64,000 nucleotides of DNA from NCBI GenBank assembly GCA_021824095.1, contig JAKALQ010000001.1, positions 2,131-66,130 of the forward strand, read 5' to 3'. This stretch comes from Actinomycetes bacterium. GTDB taxonomy: Bacteria; Actinomycetota; Actinomycetes; S36-B12; UBA5976. Positions 45,131 through 52,689 of the stretch are shown here, piece after piece (positions within the stretch are counted from its first letter, which is position 1; every line of letters begins with the position of its first letter). The position numbers and the translations under genes were made by a program. Under the pieces are notes generated by a model. The model worked only from the letters and a program-made list of their open reading frames with translations, was not told the DNA's origin and did no database searches.

Positions 45131-46678
45131 TCAGGCGGCGGCAGCACCGCACACCGTTCCGGCCGCCGGCAGCACCGGGTGGCGCACATCGGTGGACAGG
45201 AGGAAGGCGTCGACCGAGCGGTCGATGCAGGTGTCGCCGTTGGCGTAGGACGTGTGCCCGTCACCGGAGCGGATGAGCAGCCGCGCACCCGGGAGCTCCG
45301 ACGCGAGGCCTCGCGCCCACGGCAGCGGCGTGGCCGGGTCGTAGGTGGCGCCGACGACGAGGATCGGTGGCACGTTGTGCACCCGCAGCTTCGCGATGTC
45401 GATGGCAGCGTGCACCGGCCAGGAGGCGCAGGGCAGGTCGGACCAGGCCATGGTGGCACCCATGACGGGGAGGGTGCGGCTCCACGTCGCGGCGAGCTGC
45501 TGTGCCTGCGCGGCACTGCGCACGGCACTGCGCTGGTCGAGGCAGTTCATGGCGTAGATGACGGTGTTCGTGTTGTTGGCGTAGGTGCCGTCCGGGTTCC
45601 GCTCCACGAACCAGTCGAAGATGCTCTGCAGCGCGGCGCCGTTGCCCGTGGTGAGTGCGGGGGTGAGGCCTGCCAGCAGCCACTGCCAGCCACCGCTGGT
45701 GAGGTACAGGGGCCCGATGATGGCGGTGAGGGCCTGTGCCTCCGTGAGTGGACGGGCACGGTCCGCCGTCGGCAGGGGGTGCCCGTCCAGGCCGGCGATG
45801 AAGGCGACGAGGCGCGCCTTCGCGGCGGCGGGCGTGGCTCCGAGCGGGCAGGAGCCCTGCCGCAGGCACCAGGCGATGAAGTGGTCGATGGCCGTCTCGA
45901 AGCCCTGGCCCTGCTGGTAGGTGGCCTTGAGCGGGGGCACCCGCAGGTCGACGGGGCCGTCGAGGACGAAGGAGCCGACCCGCGACGGGAAGAGCGCCGC
46001 GTACACGGTGCCGAGCACGGTGCCCCAGGACTTGCCGAGGTAGCGCAGCCGCGCTTCACCGAGGAGGCCCCGCAGCACATCCATGTCGCGGGCGATGTCG
46101 ACGGCCGAGAGGTGGGGCAGCAGCGCGGCGTTCTCGCGCTGGCAGGCAGCGGCGAGCGACCTGCCCGCCCGCACCACCGCGGCGCGCTCGGCCGCTGTCG
46201 TGGGCGCCGGGGTGACGTTGAGGAAGGCATCGAGCTGCTTGCCCCGCAGGCACCACAGGGGGGTGCTCTCGCCAACGCCGCGCGGGTCGAAGCTGACGAG
46301 GTCGAAGTTGCGTCGGGCGGTGGCAGACACCGCGTACTTGGGGTCGGCGATGTACTCGATACCGCTGCCACCCGGACCGCCCGGGTTCACCACGAGGGCA
46401 CCGCGCGAGGGGCCGGTGGCGAGGGCGCGCGCGGCGGTGATGGTGATGCGGGCACCGGTGGGGTGCGCGTAGTCGAGGGGCACCCGGAAGGTGGCGCACT
46501 GCAGTTGCGTGTGGCAGGGCTTCCAGACGAGGTGCTGGCGATAGAACGGGCGCAGCGAGGCCGGCACGCCGGCCGTGGGATCGAAGGCGGCAGCGGAGGC
46601 CGTGGTGCTCGCGGGGACGACGGCGAGCGTGGCAAGGGCAATGGCCACGAGCGTCGTGATGACGGTGCGGCGCCTCAT
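45131..46678 (-). CDS. Secreted alpha/beta hydrolase, tripeptidyl-aminopeptidase (TAP)-like
   Basis: Signal peptide (MRRRTVITTLVAIALATLAVVPASTTASA), GGPGGSG oxyanion region, nucleophile elbow GKSWGT, and a C-terminal TAP-like region with a conserved His (GDGHTSY). ATGA overlap with the holB stop at 46675..46678. Confidence 0.78.
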   Translation of the reverse strand: MRRRTVITTLVAIALATLAVVPASTTASAAAFDPTAGVPASLRPFYRQHLVWKPCHTQLQCATFRVPLDYAHPTGARITITAARALATGPSRGALVVNPGGPGGSGIEYIADPKYAVSATARRNFDLVSFDPRGVGESTPLWCLRGKQLDAFLNVTPAPTTAAERAAVVRAGRSLAAACQRENAALLPHLSAVDIARDMDVLRGLLGEARLRYLGKSWGTVLGTVYAALFPSRVGSFVLDGPVDLRVPPLKATYQQGQGFETAIDHFIAWCLRQGSCPLGATPAAAKARLVAFIAGLDGHPLPTADRARPLTEAQALTAIIGPLYLTSGGWQWLLAGLTPALTTGNGAALQSIFDWFVERNPDGTYANNTNTVIYAMNCLDQRSAVRSAAQAQQLAATWSRTLPVMGATMAWSDLPCASWPVHAAIDIAKLRVHNVPPILVVGATYDPATPLPWARGLASELPGARLLIRSGDGHTSYANGDTCIDRSVDAFLLSTDVRHPVLPAAGTVCGAAAA

Positions 46679-47835
46679 GCGCGGGCCAATTCGACCGCGA
46701 GGGCCTCGAGGACGAGTTGCGGCTGGGCATTGGAGTCGAACAGGCGACGGGCCCGCTCGATGGCGTCCATGCGCACCCTCGTGCGCGAGGGCGTGGAGGA
46801 GGCCGCCACCTGGGCGATCTGCGGCCGCAGCTCCTCGTTGATGAGGTCGAGGTCGGCGTCGAGTTGGAGCATGAGGACATCACGGTAGAACGAGAGGAGG
46901 TCGACGAGCGCCCGATCGAGCCGATCCCGAACGGCACGCGTACGTCGGCTCTTCTGCCGGGCCTCAAGTTCCTTCACGGCGCCGCGCGCAAGGCGTTCGA
47001 TGCGCGCCTTCGTGACGCCCGTGGCGCCCTCGCCGTAGGCCTGCAGCAGGTCGGCACGCTCGCGCTCGTCGAGGGTGGCCGTGGCCCGGCCCGCCTCCTC
47101 CGTTGCCGCCTCGGTGATGTCGGCGGCGACGGCGAAGCATGCCGGCAGGTCGGCAAGTTGCATGGGGATGCGCAGGATTTCGTGACGGTGCCGCCGCGCC
47201 TCCTCGTCAGTGGCGAGGGCACGGGCGCGACCCACATGTCCCTGCGCGGCACGCGCCGCGTGGGCGGCCATGCTGCGCTCGACGCCCTCGCGCTCGAGGA
47301 GCGTGGCCACGTCCTGCCAGTGCGGGGTGCGCAGCACCTGCACGCGGCAGCGACTGCGGATCGTGGGCAGGACGTCCTCGACGCTGGGTGCGCTCAGCAG
47401 CCAGATGGTGTGCGGGGTGGGCTCCTCGATGCTCTTGAGCAGCATGTTGCCGCTCACCTCGTTCAGGCGGTCGGCGTCCTCGACGATGATGACCGACCAG
47501 CGGCCGCGCACGGGCTTGCGGGCAGCGAGGTGGATGAGCTGGGCCGCCTCGTCGCGCGTGATCTGCAACTGCTGGGGCTCGAAGCGCACGACGTCGTCAT
47601 GGGCGTCACGCAGCACATCGCGGCAGGCGGCGCAGGTGCCACAGCCACCCTCGCCGCACTGCAGGCCGGCTGCGAGCAGCAGGGCCGCGGTGGAACGCCC
47701 GGCACCGGGCGGGCCGGTGAGCAGCCAGGCGTGCGTCATGCCCGGACCCGGCGGCACCTCGGCGGCATCGGCCACGGCCCGCTGCAGCAGGTGCACCGTG
47801 TCGGGCTGGCCGACGAGCCGGTCCCAGACGCTCAT
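46675..47835 (-). CDS. holB: DNA polymerase III subunit delta'
   Basis: AAA+ clamp-loader N-terminus (HAWLLTGPPGAGRS), a Zn module (CGEGGCGTCAACR) and an SRC motif (IRSRC). ATGA overlap with the tmk stop at 47832..47835. Confidence 0.85.
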   Translation of the reverse strand: MSVWDRLVGQPDTVHLLQRAVADAAEVPPGPGMTHAWLLTGPPGAGRSTAALLLAAGLQCGEGGCGTCAACRDVLRDAHDDVVRFEPQQLQITRDEAAQLIHLAARKPVRGRWSVIIVEDADRLNEVSGNMLLKSIEEPTPHTIWLLSAPSVEDVLPTIRSRCRVQVLRTPHWQDVATLLEREGVERSMAAHAARAAQGHVGRARALATDEEARRHRHEILRIPMQLADLPACFAVAADITEAATEEAGRATATLDERERADLLQAYGEGATGVTKARIERLARGAVKELEARQKSRRTRAVRDRLDRALVDLLSFYRDVLMLQLDADLDLINEELRPQIAQVAASSTPSRTRVRMDAIERARRLFDSNAQPQLVLEALAVELARA

Positions 47836-48452
47836 CGTGCGGCCCCGAGCAGCGGCTGCACATGGGCGAGCACATCGGCGGCGATGGCGTCGATGGACCG
47901 ATGGGCGTCGAGCAGCACGTAGTGGGCCGGGTCGGTGGACGCCATGGACTGGTAGTACCCACGGATGCGCTCGTGCATCTCGCGCGGTGCGAGCTCAAGG
48001 CGGTCGGGGGTGCCGACGCGGTCGAGGCCCAGCTCGACGGGCATGTCGAGCACGATGGTGAGGTCGGGACGCAGGCCCTCGGTGGCCCACAGGTTGAGCT
48101 GGCGCACCGCGTCGGCACCGAGACCGCGCCCGAGCCCCTGGTAGATGACCGAGGAGTCCATGTACCGGTCGGACACCACGATGTCACCGCGGTCGAGCGC
48201 CGGGCGCACCACGTGGTGCACGTGCTCGGCCCGCGATGCGGCGTAGAGCAGGGCCTCGGCGCGGTCGCACATCTCGACATTGGCGGGGTCGAGGATGACG
48301 CGACGGATCTGCTCGGCGATGCCGGTACCGCCCGGCTCCCGCGTGGCGACGACGGTGTGCCCGTCGGCACGCAGCGCATCGACGAGGCGGGCGACCTGCG
48401 TGGACTTGCCGCTGCCGTCGCCGCCCTCGAACACGATGAAGAGCCCGGTCAT
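47832..48452 (-). CDS. tmk: dTMP (thymidylate) kinase
   Basis: P-loop FIVFEGGDGSGKSTQ, a DRY motif (SDRYMDSS) and the LID region. Confidence 0.9.
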   Translation of the reverse strand: MTGLFIVFEGGDGSGKSTQVARLVDALRADGHTVVATREPGGTGIAEQIRRVILDPANVEMCDRAEALLYAASRAEHVHHVVRPALDRGDIVVSDRYMDSSVIYQGLGRGLGADAVRQLNLWATEGLRPDLTIVLDMPVELGLDRVGTPDRLELAPREMHERIRGYYQSMASTDPAHYVLLDAHRSIDAIAADVLAHVQPLLGAAR

Positions 48453-48564
48453 GCCGGAAGCCTACGAGGCCCTCCCCACAGCATCCGCCGTGCAGCGGGA
48501 CGACGCCCGTTCCCGGGTCCCCGGATCCCTGCCCCGGCCATCACCCACTGCCGCAGTCGGCGTT

Positions 48565-48616
48565 CCGCTTTCTGATGCATGGGCGGTCTGCAGTCCGCCC
48601 ATGCATCAGAAAGCGG
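48565..48616 (-). terminator. Perfect 22-bp stem / 8-nt loop hairpin between topA and tmk
   Basis: CCGCTTTCTGATGCATGGGCGG (48565..48586) and CCGCCCATGCATCAGAAAGCGG (48595..48616) are exact reverse complements. The hairpin starts 49 nt downstream of the topA stop. No U-tract follows on the minus strand. Confidence 0.6.
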
Positions 48617-48664
48617 TACGCCGTCGCCGGATCCGGCGCGCTGCAGCGCCCGGCTCAGATCTGC

Positions 48665-51403
48665 CTATGCGCTCGTCGGTCGCGGTGCGGCCGCCTGCTT
48701 GGCAGTGGTCCGCTTCGCCGTGGCCTTCTTGGCCGCGGTCTTCTTGGCGGCCGTCTTCTTCGCCGCCGCCTTCCTGGGCGCAGCCGTCTTCTTCGCCGCC
48801 GCCTTCCGGGGTGCGGCCGTCTTCTTCGCCGCCGCGGGGGCCGCGGCGCGACGGTCAGCGAGGAGCTCGAAGGCGCGCTCGGCCGTGATGTGCTGGGGGT
48901 CGTCACCGCGGCGCAGCGAGGCATTCGTCTCGCCGTCGGTCACGTAGAGGCCGAAACGACCCTCCCGCATGACAACCGGCTTGCCGCTCGCGGGGTCGGC
49001 GCCGAACTCGGCCAGCGGGGCCGCGGCCGCGGCCCGACCGCGCCGCTGCTTGGGCTGGGCGAAGAGCGCGCGGGCCTCGTCGAGCGTGCAGGTGAAGATG
49101 GACTCCTCGTTCGGCAGCGACCGGGTGTCCGAGCCGCGCGTGAGGTAGGGGCCGTAGCGACCGTTCTGGGCCAGCACCGGCACGCCGTCGTCCTCGCCGA
49201 CGACCCGCGGCAGTGCGAGGAGGCGGAGGGCGGAGTCGAGGTCGAGCGCCTCGAAGTCCATGGACGCGAAGATGGAGGCGATGCGCGGCTTCACCGCACC
49301 GCGCCCCGTGGTCTTCGTGCCCTCCGGCAGCACCTCGGTGACGTAGGGGCCGAAGCGGCCGACGCGCGCGATGATCGTGCGCCCCGTCTCCGGGTCCTCG
49401 CCGAGCGTGCGTTCGCCCGCCGGCTGCGCGAACAGTTCCTCGGCCTTCGCGGCAGTGAGCTCGTCGGGCGCGAGATCGGAGGGCACGTTGGCCCGCTGCT
49501 CGCCCCGCTCAATGAAGGGGCCGTAGCGGCCGACGCGCACCACGGCGTCGGAGTCGCGGATGGGGAACTCGGAGATGCCGCGAGCGTCGATCTCGCCCCA
49601 GTTCTCGAGCAGGTGCACGAGGCCGGTGAACTCCTTGCCACCACGGTAGAAGTCGTCGAGGGCCTGCACCCGCGTGTAGTCGCCGCTCGCGATGGCGTCG
49701 AGCTCGGCCTCCATGCGGGCCGTGAACCCGTAGTCGACGAGCTGGCCGAAGTGCTCCTCGAGCAGGCGCACCACCGCCATCGCCAGCCAGGACGGCACGA
49801 GGGCCTGGCCCTTCTTCCACACGTAGTCACGGTTCTGGATGGTGCCGATGATGCTCGCGTACGTCGACGGTCGGCCGATGCCGAGCTCCTCGAGCGCGGC
49901 GACGAGCGTCGGCTCGGTGTAGCGCGCCGGGGCCTTCGTCGCGTGGGCGAGGGCCTCGAGCGCGGACGCCGTCAGGGCATCGCCGGCAGCCAGCTGGGGC
50001 AGGCGGGCCTCGCCTTCGCGGTCATCGTCGGCGTCGCGTCCCACTTCGTAGGCGGCCATGAAGCCCGCGAACAGCACGACCGTGCCGCTCGCCCGGAAGC
50101 TCGCGGTGCGCCCATCGGTGGCACGGGCGTCGATCGTCACCGTGGTGGTGGCGACGCGGGCGTCGGCCATCTGGCTGGCAACGGTGCGCTTCCAGATGAG
50201 GTCGTACAGCCGCTGCTCGTCATGGTTGAGCTCGCCCGCCACCTGCTGCGGGGTGCGGAAGTCGTCGCCGGCGGGACGGATGGCCTCGTGTGCCTCCTGC
50301 GCGTTCTTCTGCTTGCTCGTGAAGGTGCGGGGACGCTCGGACACGAAGCGCTCACCGAACATGGCGGTGGCCTGTCGACGTGCGGCGCGCGTCGCCTGCT
50401 CGGACAGCGTGGGCGAGTCGGTGCGCATGTAGGTGATGTAGCCGCGCTCGTACAGGCTCTGCGCCACCTGCATGGTGCGCTTGGAGTTGAAGCCCAGCTT
50501 GCGGCCCGCCTCCTGCTGGAGGCTCGAGGTCATGAAGGGCACGGGTGGGCGTCGGGTGCTCTGCTTCTCCTCGACACCTGCGACGCGGTAGGGCGCGCCC
50601 GCGAGGGCGGCGGCCAGCGCCTCCGCGGCGGCCAGGTCGAGGTGCACGACGGCATCGCTCGTGAGTCGGCCATCACTGTCGAAGTCACGACCGCCTGCCA
50701 CGCGCACGCCGTCGACCGCGGCGAGGGTGGCCGTGAAGGTGCCCGGCTCGAGGGTGACGACGATGTCGGCGTAGGTGGCGCTGCGGAAGGCCATGCGCTC
50801 GCGCTCGCGGTCGACGACGAGGCGCACGGCAACCGACTGCACGCGGCCGGCCGAGGTGCCCTGCGCCACCTTGCGCCACAGCACCTCCGACACCTGGTAG
50901 CCGAAGAGGCGGTCGACGATGCGACGCGTCTCCTGCGCCTCGACGAGGTCCATGTCGAGGTCGCGCGGGTGCTCGATGGCGGCGCGGATGGCGTCCTTCG
51001 TGATCTCGTGGAAGACCATGCGCTTCACGGGGACCTTGGGCTTGAGCACCTCGAGCAGGTGCCACGAGATGGCCTCGCCCTCGCGGTCCTCATCAGTTGC
51101 GAGCAGCAGCTCGTCGGCGTCCTTGAGCTCCCGCTTGATGTCGGCAATGCGGGAGCGCTTGTCCGGGTCGACGACGTAGATGGCCTCGTAGCCGTCGTCC
51201 GTGTTCACCCCGAGGCGCGCCCACGGCAGCCCCTTGTACTCGGCGGGCAGGTCGCTCGCGCGGACGGGCAGGTCGCGGATGTGGCCCACCGATGCGGTGA
51301 CCGTGTACCCGGGGCCGAGGTAGCCCTGGATGGTCTTCGCCTTCGCGGGCGACTCCACGATCACGAGGTGCTTGCCAGCCAAGACCGATCCCTTCGCCAT
51401 CAC
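48665..51403 (-). CDS. topA: DNA topoisomerase I with Lys/Ala-rich C-terminal tail
   Basis: 912 aa. TOPRIM N-terminus (LVIVESPAKAKTI), active-site region (ITYMRTDS) and a C-terminal basic tail (AAKKTAAPRK repeats) as seen in actinobacterial TopA. Confidence 0.95.
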   Translation of the reverse strand: MMAKGSVLAGKHLVIVESPAKAKTIQGYLGPGYTVTASVGHIRDLPVRASDLPAEYKGLPWARLGVNTDDGYEAIYVVDPDKRSRIADIKRELKDADELLLATDEDREGEAISWHLLEVLKPKVPVKRMVFHEITKDAIRAAIEHPRDLDMDLVEAQETRRIVDRLFGYQVSEVLWRKVAQGTSAGRVQSVAVRLVVDRERERMAFRSATYADIVVTLEPGTFTATLAAVDGVRVAGGRDFDSDGRLTSDAVVHLDLAAAEALAAALAGAPYRVAGVEEKQSTRRPPVPFMTSSLQQEAGRKLGFNSKRTMQVAQSLYERGYITYMRTDSPTLSEQATRAARRQATAMFGERFVSERPRTFTSKQKNAQEAHEAIRPAGDDFRTPQQVAGELNHDEQRLYDLIWKRTVASQMADARVATTTVTIDARATDGRTASFRASGTVVLFAGFMAAYEVGRDADDDREGEARLPQLAAGDALTASALEALAHATKAPARYTEPTLVAALEELGIGRPSTYASIIGTIQNRDYVWKKGQALVPSWLAMAVVRLLEEHFGQLVDYGFTARMEAELDAIASGDYTRVQALDDFYRGGKEFTGLVHLLENWGEIDARGISEFPIRDSDAVVRVGRYGPFIERGEQRANVPSDLAPDELTAAKAEELFAQPAGERTLGEDPETGRTIIARVGRFGPYVTEVLPEGTKTTGRGAVKPRIASIFASMDFEALDLDSALRLLALPRVVGEDDGVPVLAQNGRYGPYLTRGSDTRSLPNEESIFTCTLDEARALFAQPKQRRGRAAAAAPLAEFGADPASGKPVVMREGRFGLYVTDGETNASLRRGDDPQHITAERAFELLADRRAAAPAAAKKTAAPRKAAAKKTAAPRKAAAKKTAAKKTAAKKATAKRTTAKQAAAPRPTSA

Positions 51404-51564
51404 AAAGCGACCCCACCCTTCGCAGGACGCGCTGGGTGAGGCTCTGGGCGAAGTGTTGCCCCTCGCGGTGGGTCCCTGTCAAATGCGGCCGTCGGGCCAC
51501 CCCCGTCCGGCAATGCCCACGGCAGCCGTTCAACGACGTCGAGCAGGCGCGGGTACGGCACCCG

Positions 51565-52689
51565 TCAGGCGGGCACGAGGTAGCCGCGCAGGGCGGCGTC
51601 GCGTGCCCATGCGAGCGCGAGGGCGAGCAGGTCGTCGGCATCGACGGGCAGCCGGGTCGCGACTGCGGCCACCGCGGCCTCGATGGTCGCGCCGGTCCGC
51701 ACCTCGTCGAGCAGGGCCGCCTCGACCGGACCCAGCGCGAGCGGGCCGCGCCAGTGGGTGTCGGCGAAGGTCCACGATCGACCGAGGAGCGTGAGCGCGT
51801 CGGGTGGGCTGGCGAAGGCGGCCAGCTGCGCGAGCACCTCGTCACCGTCCGGCACGCGGGACGCCGTCGACACATCCTCGATGACCGACCAGTGCGCACG
51901 CGCACGGTGCAGGACGATCCAGCCGAAGCCGATGCCGCTGGCGCCGAGCGCCTCGAGGCGCGCACGCCAGAGCAGCCGCTCCGCAGGTGGCACAGCCGCA
52001 TCGGCGGACCACACGTCGATGTAGGCGTCGATGTCGAGCACGTCGCGCTGCGCCACCCAGGTCGACACCTCGTCCGGCAGCCAGTCCGCGAGCCGCTCCT
52101 CCCAATCGCCATCCGCCGGGTGCATCCAGGACGCGAGCAGCACCGCCACCGCCCCCTCGTTCATGTGGGACGGCAATTGCGCGAGCAGGTCGCGCACCAG
52201 CCCGTCACCCGGCAACGGCGAGTCGCGGTGCACATGCCCGACGCCCTCGATGACGAAGGGCGGGTTGGCGACGATGAGGTCGAAGCGCTGGCCCTCGACG
52301 GGTTCGAGCAGCGAGCCCTGTCGGAACTCGATGAGGGTGTCACCGTTGCGCCAGACATCCGGCTCGAGCCGACGGAAGCCACTGAGATGGCAGGAGGCAT
52401 TGGCCGCAGCGAGGGCACGCTCGTCGATGTCGGTGGCGATGATGCGATCGGCGTCGAGGAAGAGCGTCTGCGCACCACTGCCGCACCCGATGTCGAGGGC
52501 GCGGCCGACATGGCGCCGGGGCGTGAGCTCCAACAGGGTCTCGGTGGCACCGCCGATGCCCATGACGAAGTCCGCGGGCAGCGGTTGCGGCGTCCCCTCC
52601 GCATCAACCGGGAGGGGGTCATGCGCGATGACGCGGAGCGTCCGCCCGCGCATGAGCTTCGTCTCCGCCCAGCTGGTGGCGGTCATCAC
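51565..52689 (-). CDS. Class I SAM-dependent methyltransferase with NPPF motif (HemK / N6-amino-MTase-like) plus C-terminal extension
   Basis: SAM motif I LDIGCGSGAQ and motif IV DLIVANPPFV. The C-terminal ~150 aa has no pattern I recognise. The ATG overlaps the hppA stop (ATGA at 52686..52689). Confidence 0.7.
   Translation of the reverse strand: MMTATSWAETKLMRGRTLRVIAHDPLPVDAEGTPQPLPADFVMGIGGATETLLELTPRRHVGRALDIGCGSGAQTLFLDADRIIATDIDERALAAANASCHLSGFRRLEPDVWRNGDTLIEFRQGSLLEPVEGQRFDLIVANPPFVIEGVGHVHRDSPLPGDGLVRDLLAQLPSHMNEGAVAVLLASWMHPADGDWEERLADWLPDEVSTWVAQRDVLDIDAYIDVWSADAAVPPAERLLWRARLEALGASGIGFGWIVLHRARAHWSVIEDVSTASRVPDGDEVLAQLAAFASPPDALTLLGRSWTFADTHWRGPLALGPVEAALLDEVRTGATIEAAVAAVATRLPVDADDLLALALAWARDAALRGYLVPA

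Noticed and set aside
48700-48840. 33-bp tandem repeats considered as a CRISPR-like or intergenic VNTR array
   Set aside because: The repeats are contiguous with no spacers. They lie inside the topA coding region and translate in frame to its Lys/Ala tail.
48575-51439. 954-aa plus-strand ORF
   Set aside because: It is exactly antisense to topA, whose product has unambiguous TOPRIM and active-site motifs. The antisense product is Arg/Gly/Ala/Leu-rich low-complexity sequence with no motif. This is a typical stop-free shadow frame in GC-rich DNA.
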